Part shown: positions 1 to 12,699 of the stretch, piece by piece
How positions within the stretch are numbered: the first letter of the stretch is position 1
Layout: every line of letters begins with the position of its first letter
NCBI GenBank assembly: GCA_951406725.2
Contig: OX597824.1
Span: forward strand, 87,854,001 to 87,918,000
From: Octopus vulgaris
Taxonomy: Eukaryota
Length of the DNA: 64,000 nt
Direction of reading: 5' to 3'
Translations under genes and position numbers: made by a program
Notes under the pieces: generated by a model
Databases searched by the model: none
The model's input: the letters and a program-made list of their open reading frames with translations, nothing else
Told to the model about the DNA's origin: nothing

Positions 1-215
1 TGTGTGTGTTTGTGTGTCTGTGTTTGTCCCCCTAGCATTGCTTGACAACCGATGCAGGTGTGTTTATGTCCCCGTCACTTAGCGGTTCGGCAAAGGAGAC
101 CAATAGAATAAGTACTGGGCTTACAAAGAATAAGTCCCGGGGGGTCGATGTGCGCAACTAAAAGGTGGTGCTCCAGCATGGCCACAGTCAAATGACTGAA
201 ACAAGTAAAAGAGAG
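1..215 (+). mobile_element. 3' half of tRNA-derived SINE family A
   Basis: Matches 3' part of the ~430-bp repeat seen full length at 29199-29640 (gataagtactgggcttacaaagaataagtcc...gactgaaacaagtaaaagag). Confidence 0.85.
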
Positions 216-652
216 ATAAACCATTTACTAACAAATGGACACTATAAAAACCATTCCTTCTATACTAACGAATGGACACACACAACATGTGTGTGTATGT
301 GTGTGTATATATATACTGCTATCAAATGATGTAAATAAACTACTTGATTCATATCTGGACAATTTGGGAAGTGCTCAGAACTGTAAGTTGATAGGTTAAT
401 CATAACGCTCAGGGCCAGAAGAAATACGTTTAAATATTGTCTGTAGTAAAATGGTTTGTTTTGTTTTTATTTTTTTTATTTTAGTTCCAAGGTTAACAAC
501 CTATTTGATCATTGAAATATGAGGTTGAAATGAGGAGGAAGTTAATCTGAACTACAGTTCTAAAATTATAATTTATAAGTTAATCTAATAAACCATCTGA
601 ATCTAAAGTTTTTTTGCAAAACATCACCAATGGCGAAATTCATTTTACTATA

Positions 653-1020
653 ACTAGCAGTATCGCCCAGCATTGCTCAGGTTTGTTTCGACCCTTTAGA
701 ATTGGAATTTTTGAAAAGTAAAAATTTTGCATTATGTAACTTGTTCTGGTTGAAATACACCAAAAAATGGTGACACAGCAGTAAAAAAATCGTAAAAAAT
801 AGGGATTTTCAGAGAAAAAAAGCATCTTTTTGATGTAAATAATTTTTGGTGTTAACATGGTCCGATTTGAATTTTTTCTTCTACAGAATGAAGAGCAAGC
901 CTTCTTCTATCATACTCTCAATTTTGGTCGACTTGCGCCGCAGGGTCTCGGAGGAGATAGTGTCAGTTGAAGGCTACCAAACCTGTCATACACAGACAAC
1001 TTCAGCTTTATATATATAGA
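653..1020 (-). mobile_element. Non-autonomous Helitron-like element
   Basis: On the minus strand begins TC(TA)n and ends with a subterminal GC hairpin followed by CTAG; near-identical copies at 42340, 46398 and 57295. Confidence 0.75.
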
Positions 1021-1988
1021 GATATAGTAAATGTCCTGTTAAAGAAATTTGTCTCATTGTTTATAAAGAGCTTCCTCTTACATGTTAGGGTTTTAAGATG
1101 CTGTGAACCCAAATTCTGAAATTAAGGTTATAACTGTTTGCAATAACATTCAATTCGCAAGACAAAAATTCCTTCATATCACAAGACTTCTAGACATTAA
1201 AATCTACAGCATAATAAACTTATGGCTTGAAATTTGTGTACAGCTACAAGTTGTTATTATCTTTGTGGTTGGATTTGAATACAAAATAGATGGTGACAAG
1301 CGCAGAAAATTACAACGAAAATAAATAAAACAATCAAAGCACAACAGATATTTTTTATGTGACAAAAGGAAGAGATTGTTGTAAACATGAAAAACTGCAG
1401 GATTTTAACAGGATGGAAGAAATGGGTTGAAGACTGTGGGTGACTACTATGCACGCGCAGTAACTGCACAATCTGCAAGCAAATACTTTCTGTTGTTATA
1501 TTTGAAATTATGACGGCACTGCTTTTGCAACATTCTAAAAACATAACAAAACAAAAAAAAATACTGTCAGTGGTAAAATGCAACTCGTATCTATATTTTG
1601 GTGAGATATCAAATTATCTAATTACGAAGACTTTAGAATCCTTTCTTGTTTGTTAAAGAAAAACGAGCAGGTGTAAATCTGATTTAATCAAATGAAAGAA
1701 AAATCTGAACTTGAGAATGGTATTTGTCTAGCAAGTGACCTGGTCTGAGACTGTGAATTGAATCTGTGCTGTTGTAGCCATTTGAACCTTAAGCAGTCAG
1801 ATTTCTCTGTTAAATCTAATGCTTATTATTTCGCATGGTTGTGTGGTAAGAAGCTTGCTTCCCAACCACTTGATTCTGGGTTCAGTCCCACTGTGTTGCA
1901 CCTTGGGCAAGTGTCTTCTACTATGGCCTAGGGTCAACCAAAGCCTTGTCAGTGGATTTGGTGGACAGAATCTCATTGGATGTATGTA

Positions 1989-2027
<39 letters not shown>

Positions 2028-2094
2028 CTTTGTTCTCCCATCACTGCTTCACAATTTAGTGGTTTAGCAAAAGAGACTGATAAGCTTGAGATAT

Positions 2095-2490
2095 AAGTGT
2101 GGCACTTTTTCACACAGCTATTTTCATCCATTCTCGCCACATGACCATACCAGCACAATCATCTCTCTTGCACACCACATCTGATGCTTCTTAGGTCCAA
2201 CTTTTCTCTCAAGGTACTTACACTCTGTCGAGTATGCACACTGACATTACACATCCATCGGAGCATACTGGCTTCATTCCTTGCGAGGTTACGCATGTCC
2301 TCAGCAGTCACAGCCCATATATGCATATTTCACTGCCATATAGCATGGCTGTTCGTACACATGCGTCATACAGTCTACCTTTTATTATGAGCGAGAAGCC
2401 TTTTGTCACCAGCAGAGGTAAAAGCACTCGGAACTTTGCCCAGGCTATTCTTATTCTAGCAGCTACGCTTTCAGCGCACCCTTTCCCGCT
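2095..2490 (-). mobile_element. RTE-clade LINE reverse transcriptase C-terminal fragment
   Basis: Minus-strand translation RNEASMLRWMCNVS...LREKLDL...WYGHVARMDENSCVKKC, typical RTE post-RT motifs. Confidence 0.75.
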
Positions 2491-2936
2491 AAAGTTCTAG
2501 CTAGTTTATAGAAAAACTTGAAGTGAAATAACTATCCCGTGACCCAGGACAGGGACAATTACAGAAAAATATGACAAAAAAAAAATTTAGAGTATTGGAT
2601 AGCTGAGTGCAAGCTTACAAGTCCACTTATTGTATTATATTGAGATAAAAGTACTTTATTCTACTCTGACAGCTGAAAATAGTGTGTCACTTCTAATTCA
2701 TACTTTTAATGCATGGCTGAACATTCAGTTCAAAATAAGTTTACTTCAAAATTTCTAATGCAAGAGAAATATAACTGTTTCTTAGGTGCAAGGAAAAATT
2801 TTGTTGAGAATAGAATTTGGCTGATTTAACCCTTTAGCAATCAGATTATTGCCCTGCATACGTAAACGAAACCGGGATATTGTAGTTGTTCATCATAGTC
2901 TGTTTGTCTGTGTTTGCAAAATTACTGGAAAACAAC

Positions 2937-3162
2937 TTAAACCGTTCGTTATTGTATTTATTTAGAGATGCTCTGTTTCTTTCAATTACTTTAAATATAA
3001 CAAAGAATTTAGTAAAATAACTTAGTTATCATTCTGCTAGTGTTAGGAACATTAATCGTGACTAAGGTTTAGCAGAAGATTTTAATTCAAAACTTATGAA
3101 AACAAGACATTTGTACTCAGAGCCAGAGCTAGTTTCAGCCGGGTTGGTAATGAAAGGGTTCA
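2937..3162. mobile_element. piggyBac-like MITE (~225 bp)
   Basis: Diverged copy of the TTAA-flanked element at 7168-7397 and 7452-7680. Confidence 0.6.
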
Positions 3163-3901
3163 AGGATTTTCCCCAAATTTGGCAGAAATACTCATTATTT
3201 TGGTTTGATTATCTTAAAAACTGGCAGATGGGTGAACCAAAATGGTTTTTTTTTCTTTGTTACACGTGCATAAACGTTAAGCAGAGGAAATAACTCAATG
3301 TCATTTTGTTGAAATATGAATTTGTCATTAATTTAATTTAATTAAATTAAATTTTATTTTATCCAGGGTTATACATCGCCCCTCTGATGCCCTTTTTTTT
3401 TTCCATTTATTCAAATGTAATACTTAATGATTCACATAGTTTTGAATTAATCGTGCTTTATTTCGTAGCTTTGAGATTTCTATAACGTGGCAGTTTATTT
3501 TTAGTGTTGGTCTTGCATTTTTCCAGACGGTAATCAGGACTGGAAAATCCAATATGTCACTTTTGTGAGATGGTAAAGCTGCTAATTTCAATTTAGGTGA
3601 AGCAATTATAGAGAAGCATTTTTCTCTTTTGTCATTAGCCTAATTAAGGAAACGCAATTTAACAACAAACACACTCCCATTTCTAGCCCTTCACTACCCA
3701 AACATTACCACTGCCAACATAGACACAAAGCAAAGAAAGTGGTGGTGGGGGGAAGCACAGATGACTAAAGCGAGCCAGTACTTGTTTGTGTGAGTGAAGG
3801 TACATGGCCTAGTGGTAAGGATGCTGCACACCCAATTGCTAGATCATGGTTTCAATTCCCAGACTGGGTGGTGCATTATCTTCTTGAGTAAAATATATTT
3901 C

Positions 3902-4284
3902 ACTAGCACTATGACCCGGGCAATGCCGGGTCATAGTGCTAGTGCATGCATATACAGCTGCGTGCGTGTGCACATACATGCGAGTACTGTCCAAATCTCC
4001 GACCAATCACATACAGCTAGCTGGCATTCAATTGGCGTATCAAGTTTCGGGCATTTTGATTGGGTTTTGGATAGAAAATTCACAAAAAAGTCACATCTAT
4101 TGATTTTTTAATGGCTTTGCGGGGTGACTGGGGAAATGTAAAGATGTGCACGACCACCCTTGGACGGTTTTGAATGACCATAGAAAGTGCGAGCCCTCTA
4201 ACTGAAAAATTGTGGATTTGTATAAAGGACATGCACACACGCACAAACACACAGACAGCCATTTTGCCGTTTATATATATAGAT
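3902..4284 (-). mobile_element. Non-autonomous Helitron-like element (second family)
   Basis: Minus-strand 5' TC(TA)n start, 3' hairpin plus CTAG end; inserted into a SINE (3795-4430). Confidence 0.65.
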
Positions 4285-4959
4285 GTTGCTCCTGTACACT
4301 CAGCTGTAAATGAGTAATTCTGTGAGACAGAGAGACAGACAGCCAGTTGAAGAGGAATGTTGTGAATTCAGTCACTTCAATGCCATGAGAACTAGGTAAC
4401 CAACTCTATGGAGCTTAGGACGCAAGACAGTAATATCAAGGAATCGATGATGATGTACTTGTTTGGTACTTATTTTACCAACCCTCAGAAGGATGAAAAA
4501 GTAATCTTTCACAAGATTTGAACTCAGAACTATGTACAGCATAGCATTTCATACTAAACAGCAGAAGAGAACAATACATAGAACCCTCATGGAGAGGTGG
4601 CTGAGTTCCTTTTGAGCGTTGGGCCTCATGGAGGCAAAGTGGCCAAGCTCATTTCAAGTGTTGGGCCTCACGGAGGCAATGACCAAGATATTTGGCATTA
4701 TGTCATGCTTGAGAAGGCCCATCAAGCTGAGCAAAATCACAGTCATGGTAGATACTGGTGTCATGCAAATGGCACATAAAAGAACCCATATGCATTAGGA
4801 AGGGCAACCAGCCATAGAGAACTATGCCAAATTAGACTGGAGTCTGGTGCAGCCTTCCAGCATGCCAGCCCAGTCAAACCGTCCAACCCATGCCAGCATA
4901 GACAACGGACGTTAAATGATGATGATGATAATGAAAAGAAGTTATAGAAAGAAATAATA

Positions 4960-5260
4960 ATTTACATTATTTACAATTGATGGATATTTGTCCTCATCTT
5001 GTTTGTTAACACATTTCAGCTGATATACCTGCCAGCCTTCATCAGGTGTCTTGGGGAAATTTCGAACCTGGGCTCTCATTCTTAAAGTGTTTTCTCGCCA
5101 CTGCCAATATATATTCCTGTCGATATATATCAGTGTCCATACTAAAGTAGGTAGTTTCTACACAGAAGGTCAACATTTCCATCAAGTTTCTTATTGGTAT
5201 ACCTGTGCATTCTTTTAGATGGGTGTCTGTCACTAGTTTTTCTTGAATCACCGTTAAACA
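4960..5260 (-). mobile_element. Penelope-like element relic: RT fragment plus pseudo-LTR with hammerhead motif
   Basis: Translation ...NLMEMLTFCVETTYFSMDTDIYRQ resembles PLE RT; followed by gacacCTGATGAaggctgg...cagctGAAAtgtgtt at 5050-5008. Confidence 0.6.
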
Positions 5261-6814
5261 ATGATGATGATATATATATGTAGACATACACACACACACA
5301 CACACGATGGACTTCTTTCAGTTTCCCCCTACCAAATCCACTCACAAGGCTTTGGTTAGCACAGGGTCTATTGAAAAAACTTGTCTAAGGTGCCATGCAG
5401 TGGGATTGAACCCAAGATCACATGGCTGGAAAGCAAGCTTCTTAACCATACAGCCACACGTGTTGTAATTTTTATTTAGGTAACTGATTAAAAGCCAAGA
5501 AAATATGGAAGGACGGTATTTGGATTTGTGATAGGTAATATAAATTATTATTTGATACAAAACTTAGCAATCCCAATTTCTATTCCGAGGGGACTACACT
5601 ACGTCCCAAAGGAAAAGCATCTACTTTTATTGCTATGAGCTGTTGTAGTCACGCCATTAAAATCTATAATTCTGATCATAACCAGTTATTGTTTGATATC
5701 TGTAAGCTTATTATTTTCCCAGCTTCAACTTGTTTGTAGAGGAAATTGATTTCATCAGGTTTCTAAAGGCAGTATATATATATATATATCAGGTGACTGA
5801 CCAGTCCATCAGATGTAGTTACACATCGCTGGTCACAATGTGTTCGCATTGTTTTAGCCTTCGAATGACGCCACCCCACTGGCTAAGTGAGCAGGCCAAC
5901 AGAAGAAAGAGTGGGAGAGTGGTGAAAGAGTACAGCAGGGATCACCACCCCCTGCCAGAGTCTCGTGGAGCTTTTAGGTGCTTTCGCTCAATAAACACTC
6001 ACAACGACCGGTCTGGGAATCGAAACCGCGATCCTATGACCGTGAGTCCGCTGCCCTAACCACTAGGCCATTGCGCCTCCACACACACATATATATATAT
6101 ATATACATATATATATAAGAGATAATGGTGTCATTGAGACCCAAAGGTGTCAGGTAATGCTGAATAAGTGCTATAGACAGACCATAGTTAAGTTCCAGAT
6201 TCGGTAATTTTGCGAATAAAGGGTTCAAAATTGGTTCTATGTCAGCGTGTGTATATAAGAATTTTTTGCATAATGAGATAAAAAAACCAAGGCTGTATAG
6301 ATATTAGAGCATTTATATATATTAGAACATCCTAGAAACAGCTGTAAGACCATCTATACAGCCTTGGTTTTTTTATCTTATTACACAAAAAATTCTTATA
6401 TATATATATATATTTTAATCTTAGTGTATCTCATTTGACCTAGTTATGAAGAACAGGCACCAAAACCTCCGGAAAAGAGTTACCAGAGATAGGCCATCAT
6501 CCTGTCTAGGGAAAAATTTGTGTCATCTACTTAATCCTTTAACTAGCCACATCTGGCCCAAATATTCAACCTGTTTCATGTTCAAACCAATCAGATCCAG
6601 CCTCTCACACTTATCTTAGAATGTCGTTCTAAAAATAAACAATCACACCACTGAAATATTGAGGCTTTGAGATAAAGATATAATGCTGTACTCAGGAAGA
6701 CCTACACTCTGCAGCAGAAGTGTTAAGAATGGTCCTTCTGGTGGTGTAAAGCATTTGTGGTGGTGTCACATAAAAGTGTTCGTGCAGCACCACATAAAAG
6801 CGCTCATGCAGTGC

Positions 6815-6969
6815 CATGTAAAAGCACCCATGTGGAACCCATGTGGCACCATGTAAAAGCACCCATGTGGAACCCATGTGGCACCATGTAAAAGCACCCA
6901 TGTGGAACCCATGTGGCACCATGTAAAAGCACCCATGTGGAACCCATGTGGCACCATGTAAAAGCACCC
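6815..6969. repeat. Minisatellite, 35-bp unit x ~4.4
   Basis: catgtaaaagcacccatgtggaacccatgtggcac repeated in tandem. Confidence 0.95.
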
Positions 6970-7167
6970 AGCACACTCTGTAAAGTGATTGGCATTAGGA
7001 AGGGCATCCAACTGTAGAAACCATGCCAAATCAGACAGGAGTCAGATTTGGTGCAGCTCCCCAGCTGGGGTCAAATCATCCAACCCATGCCAGCCAGCAT
7101 GGACAACAGACATCAAATGATAATGAGGATGATACATGTCACAGAGTAATTTTAATGCTAAAGGGTT

Positions 7168-7680
7168 TTAACCCTTTCGTTACTGTATTTATTTCGAGAT
7201 GCTCTGTGTTTCTTTCAGTTACTTTAAATATAACAAAGAATTTAGTAAAATAACTTAGTTATCATTCAGCTAGTGTTAGGAACATAAATTGTGACTAAGG
7301 TTTGGTGGAAGATTTTAATGCAAAACTTATGAAAACAAGATATTTGTACTCAAGAGCTAGAGCCAGTTTTAGCCAGGTTGGTAGCGAAAGGGGTTAACCC
7401 TTTAGCATTCAGACTACTCTGTCAAATGCAATGTTTATTTATTCACATTGTTTAACCCTTTCGTTACTATATTTATTTTGAGATGCTCTGTGTTTCATTC
7501 AATAAATTTTAAATATAACAAAGAAATTAGTAAAATAACTTAGTTATCATTCAGCTAGTGTTAGGAACATAAATTGTGACTAAGGTTTGGTGGAAGATTT
7601 TAATTCAAAACTTATGAAAACAAGAGATTTGTAGTAAGAGCCAGAGCTGGTTTCAGCCAGGTTGGTAACAAAAGGGTTAA
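7168..7680. mobile_element. Two piggyBac-like MITE copies
   Basis: TTAA|ccctttcgttac ... gtagcgaaagggg|TTAA (7168-7397) and a second copy at 7452-7680; TTAA sites and CCC/GGG termini. Confidence 0.75.
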
Positions 7681-8028
7681 TTTTCCTGTTTCATTTTACC
7701 TAACTGTGGAGAATAGACACCAAAATACCTGGAAAAAAGCTACCCAAGATAAGTTGTTGTCCTGTCTAGAGAAAAATGTGTCATCTACTTAATGCCATGA
7801 AGCAAAAAAAAAAAATGAATAAATTAACAAGAACTAATATGTTAGTTCAATGGAAAACTAGTTGATGCAATCTACCAAAGTGAAAATAAGAAGCTTTTCC
7901 CACTTGACATTTCAGTAGTAGGAAGAACAGCCAACTATAAATATCAGAATTTATACCCACTCAACTCAGAATAGCATTTAAAAAACAAACGAATGTAAAA
8001 TATGCATGAAGGAAATAGATATCAGTAC

Positions 8029-8364
8029 CTCTTCTTCTTCTTGCATATGGGGAATGAAGTCTTTGGTAAAATCATCCAGGGCCATGCGCAGTTTAAGGCC
8101 ATAGTTGAGCCGATCTTGGTCCGTCTTGGAACATTTGGAAAGTCCGTCTTCAAGGAGTTGAAGCATTTGAGAGAGTTTATAGTCTTTGTGGCAGTTGCAC
8201 ACAACATTGTTGGTAATCGACAACTGCTGCAACTTGTGCTGCAGTTTCTGCATTATGTATTTGTTTTCAATGGTTTCGTGCTCTTTAAATTCGTTGAATG
8301 TCGTTCCCAACTGTTTCAGTAGCTGCATCACTTCGCAAGCACTGGAGAAATTGGTCAGGGTTAA
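8029..8364 (-). CDS. FBXL5: F-box/LRR-repeat protein 5, coding exon 2 (hemerythrin-like iron-sensing domain)
   Basis: tttcag acceptor, GTACTG donor, 336 nt phase 0; LTLTNFSS...FNEFKEHETIENKYI...CHKDYKLSQML...DFIPHMQEEEE aligns by eye to vertebrate FBXL5 (FKEFKMHEQIENEYI...DFLPHMKEEEE). Confidence 0.93.
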
Positions 8365-8469
8365 CTGAAATAGAAAACACGAGCCGTTGCATGACTTGAA
8401 GCAGATTTTCCCCGAAGCATAACACAAGCGAAAGGAATTAAAACACCCAAGTGAACCAGATAAGCATGG

Positions 8470-8910
8470 GACCTTTTCGGTTAGAACAGCAGTTTTTTCT
8501 AGCTGTGTCATATGAAATTGTCACCCATAATTACGACCCTAGTATCGATCTATTGCATTTCAATCTATTTTAGAGTTAGAGGTAGGGTTAGTTAAGGTTA
8601 TGGGTGGGGGGAAGGGTAACTTTTTTTTCTTCACAAATGTAAATAAACCCAATCTGTTTCTTAAACGAGGGACATATTCATACGACACAGAATGTTTTTT
8701 TTTACCTCAATAGATGTCATTGATTGGTTGAAATTGCAGAAATTGAAGAAAAAAACCCCAACAAATATCTTACAAACTATAGAATTTTCTCAATAAAGCC
8801 AAGAGAAAAAGATGTTTTATAAACACATTCTACCAGTATACGAAGTTTAAAAGTGTTTAGTTACGTGGAAATTATTTTAAAGAACTGCCGTTCAAACGGA
8901 AACCTTCCCT
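8470..8910. mobile_element. MITE with ~20-bp TIRs and internal TTAGGG-like tract
   Basis: tttcggttagaacagcagtt ... aactgccgttcaaacggaaa; second copy at 20305-20785. Confidence 0.7.
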
Positions 8911-9734
8911 CACAACGACAGTAAACAAAGTGATAACGACACAGATTTTCCCAAGATAAATATGGTTGGTAATGAGGAACTTCCTTAATCAGGAATTAAT
9001 CACAATGACTGCTATTATACTGTTCCATTTCTAAATCCGGTTGCCAATGACAAACTTGTTTGTTTTTAACATGAAACCACTTGTAATGAATGGTCTGACA
9101 TTCCTTTAATTCTAAATCCTGATGTCGACAAACTTTTTGTGTATACTTTTAGGACCGGTCACACAATGGGTGAGATACAATACTTCGAATCTAAATCACA
9201 ACAATAATAATGAATCCATTTGAAAGAAGAACTATGAAATATAAGAAGAAAATAATGAATTAAGCTGAGTACAGTTCATACTTTTATAATTTTCATATTT
9301 TTTCATGGCATCTGATAAATTAGTTTTAGAATTTAATTACTGCTACAGGGAGGAGAAAGAGAGGAAAGAAGAAAAAAAGAAAGATATAGACAATGGATAA
9401 AATGCAAAATTACTGACTAATGAGTAATTAGCTAATCTTAGCTGCCAAGCAACGAGTTCTTCCTTTCGGCCAGTGGTTCTCGACTAAGGTTCACATGACC
9501 ATGGGGAGGTCCACATAGGGTGCTTTTTTTTTGGGGGGGGGGGGAGGTTCCATACAAGTACGACAGTAAATTGGGGGTTCACAGTAGTATTTTAGGGGTT
9601 AAAGAACAAACTTTGCTTTAGATGTATTTATTGTAAAAAAACGGTTAAGTTTCTTTCTCTATTGCTTAACATGGTTCCAACATATTTTCAGCCACTGAAA
9701 CGTGTTTTTTCAGAGAGTGTTATTGCAAACCTAA

Positions 9735-10105
9735 AGTAGCTTGCTTGCTTACCAACCACATGGTTCCGGGTTCAGTGCCACTGCGTGGCACCTTGGGCAA
9801 GTGTCTTCCACTATAGCCTCGGACCGACCAAAGCCTTGTGAGTGGATTTGGTAGACAGAAACTGAAAAAAGGCCGTCATATATATGTATATATATATACA
9901 TATATATATGTGTGTCTGTGTTTGTCCCCCCAACATCACTTGACAACCAATGCTGGTGTGTTTATGTCCCCGTAACTTAGGGTTCGGCAAAAGAGACCGA
10001 TACAATAAGTACTAGGCTTACAAAGAATAAGTCCTGGGGTCGATTTGCTCGACTAATGGCGGTGCTCTAGCATGGTCGCAGTCAAATGACTGAAACAGGT
10101 AAAGA
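9735..10105 (+). mobile_element. SINE family A
   Basis: B-box-like gggttcagtgcc, internal (TA)n, conserved 3' end as in other copies. Confidence 0.85.
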
Positions 10106-10139
10106 AAAAGGGAATGTGATGAACAAGAATTTTGAAAGA

Positions 10140-10570
10140 AGGGGCTAAACACAGAGGGGACAAACAAGGACAGACAAAATGATTAAGTTGATTATATCGA
10201 CCCCAGTGCGTAACTGGTACTTAATTTATTGACTCCGAAAGGATGAAAGGCAAAGTCGACCTCGGCGGAATTTGAACTCAGAACATAGCAGCAGACGAAA
10301 TACCGCTAAGCATTTCGCCCGGAGTGCTAACGTTTCTTATTTCTTTATTGCCCACAAGGGGCTAAACATATAGGGGACAAACAAGGACAGACACACAGAT
10401 TAAGTTGATAATATCAACCCCAGTGCGTAACTGGTACTTATTTAATCGACCCCGAATGGATGAAAGCCAAAGTCGACCTCAGCGGAATTTGAACTCAGAA
10501 CGTAGCGGCAGATGAAATACCGCTAAGTATTTCGCCCGGCGTGCTAACGACTCTGCCAGCTCGCCGCCTT
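10140..10570 (-). mobile_element. SINE family B, tandem dimer
   Basis: Repeated unit gaccccgaaaggatgaaaggcaaagtcgacctcggcggaatttgaactcagaac; head aaggcggcgagctggcaga on the minus strand. Confidence 0.85.
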
Positions 10571-11128
10571 CGGCATAGTAACAATTCTGCCAGCTTACCA
10601 CCTTCTTCTCACAGAAAATACATTAAAAAATGTTTTTGAAAAACTGTATCTTATATAGAAAGAGAAATCTATTTTAAAATTGTGAAAGTTGTTTACCAAG
10701 TCAAAAGCAAGATTTATACTCAGGGAAACTCACACAATCACAAAAGAAAAAAAAATAGTGTGGGTAAGAGCTTAAATATTTATTTTAAAGCCTGTCTACA
10801 TAAATTTATTATTCCAAACACAATGTATTACTTGTAACAAAGCTAGTTATTTTTTTATTTTCTTAAAAACTTCACATGCATTTCAGTAAACAAGGCGGCA
10901 TTCCTTGCCACGGCAACCCAGACAATGTATTTTTAATGTAATATGTATCATCATCATTTAACATCCGCTTTTCCATGCTTGCATGGGTTGGATGGAATTT
11001 GTCAAGGTGGATTTTCTAAAACCAGATGACTTTCCTGCAACCAACTACAGAGGAGGTAAAGAACACACACACCACCCATTTATATATATATATATATATA
11101 TGTGCTTCTTTTCTGATATGTTTCTTTA

Positions 11129-11169
<41 letters not shown>

Positions 11170-11174
<5 letters not shown>

Positions 11175-11495
11175 TCATTCAACGTCCGTTTTCCATGCTA
11201 GTATGGGTTGGACAGTTCGACTGGGGTCTGGGAAACCAGGAGGCTGCACCAGGCTCCAGTCTGAGATTCTACAGCTGGATGCCCTTCCTAACGCCAATCA
11301 TTCCGTGAGTGTAGTAGGTGCTTTTTACGTGCCACCAGCACAGGTGCCAGGGAAGACTGGCAGCGGCCATGATCGGTTGGTATCGGCCACGTTCGGATGG
11401 TGCTTTTTACGTGCCACCGGCACAGGTATCACAACTACAACTTCCATTTGATTTTTTATTTTGATGTTGATGTACTTGACTCAGTAAGTCTCCTC
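11170..11495 (-). mobile_element. Retroposon family D with (GAT)n tail (LINE 3' end or SINE)
   Basis: About ten copies in window (e.g. 27770-28090, 40990-41250, 43195-43405, 61870-62200) sharing gttggcgttaggaagggcatccagc and a (gat)n tail. Confidence 0.75.
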
Positions 11496-12454
11496 AAGTA
11501 TAATGAGCTTCTTTCAATTTCTGTCTACCAAATTCATCCACAAGGTTTTGGTTAGATGGCGGGGGGGGGGGGGGGAGGTATACGAGGAAACACTTGCCCG
11601 AGGTACCACAACGTAGAATTGACCGAGAAGTTAATTGCTTAACCACACAGCCATACCTGCACCAACAAATTTTTATGATTCTAGACCACAAAATTTAATC
11701 CCAACTTCATCAGCCTCTTGGTCATTATTTTACCGTCTTTGCAATTAATTACAGCCACTTTGTCAAGAAATCAACTAATCCGGCTTGATTTTTGTCAAAG
11801 GAATGATATGTATTACGCAAACAACTTTCTCTGGGGTATTTTATCAGCAGATAACGTCCAGGTCTTCAACCATACAATACAGCAGTTATGATTGGTTAAT
11901 TGCTTTATTGAGGTCATTGTGGTCTTGTAACAATGCTGCTGATTGGCTAAATGTTTGGCTTCAACTAAAATGCACAAAGCAATGCAAGAATAAAAATTCT
12001 TTTTTTTTTTTACAGATTAATGTGCAACTTTTATCATTGGGAACAATTAGTTTGATAAACAACCAAGTATGAATTTAGTTCTTGTGAGAGCTATTGCATT
12101 AAACAACTTGGCTGTATTAGTTACTCACTGATAAACTTTTGCAAAGACAAAGGTATTAAGATGCAAAGTTCATGCAATACACCCCAAAGAGAGGTGGGAG
12201 GGAAAAGACACAAAATGTAGGACCAAGGTCAACTCTAGTTTGAGGATATCATTATCAATAGAAAGCAAGCAATTCCATTTGCAGCTAATTAAATGAAACC
12301 TAGCATAAACTGATGTAAATTAAGTGAAACAGGGGACGGCAACGAGAAAGTGAGAATCTGTAAGCTGACTCTGATCACAAGAATTAATACATTCCGGCTT
12401 ACAGTCTTGCACAGCCCATCATAATCATGGAAGACGATACACACAAACAATATC

Positions 12455-12495
<41 letters not shown>

Positions 12496-12699
12496 AAAAT
12501 GGGTTGTGTGCATAGCGGAGGTAAAGAATACGCACACCACCCATTTTCAGCGTAACCCTAACCCTAAACATTGGGAGTGTGTATTCTTTACCTTCGCCAT
12601 GCACACCATCCGTTTTTGGTGTGACCCTACCCTAAACCCTGGGTGTGCATATTCTTTAAGTTCACACACACACACATATATATATATATATTTAAAAAT

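Noticed and set aside
6815-6969. Regular repeats resembling a CRISPR array
   Set aside because: Units are identical with no unique spacers; eukaryotic minisatellite
1-7970. Further FBXL5 exons (expected VFQP...)
   Set aside because: No phase-0 exon with that sequence found by eye; probably beyond the window start
8365-8511. N-terminal part of the 177-aa ORF
   Set aside because: Intronic read-through upstream of the acceptor; the true N-terminus is exon 16009-15923
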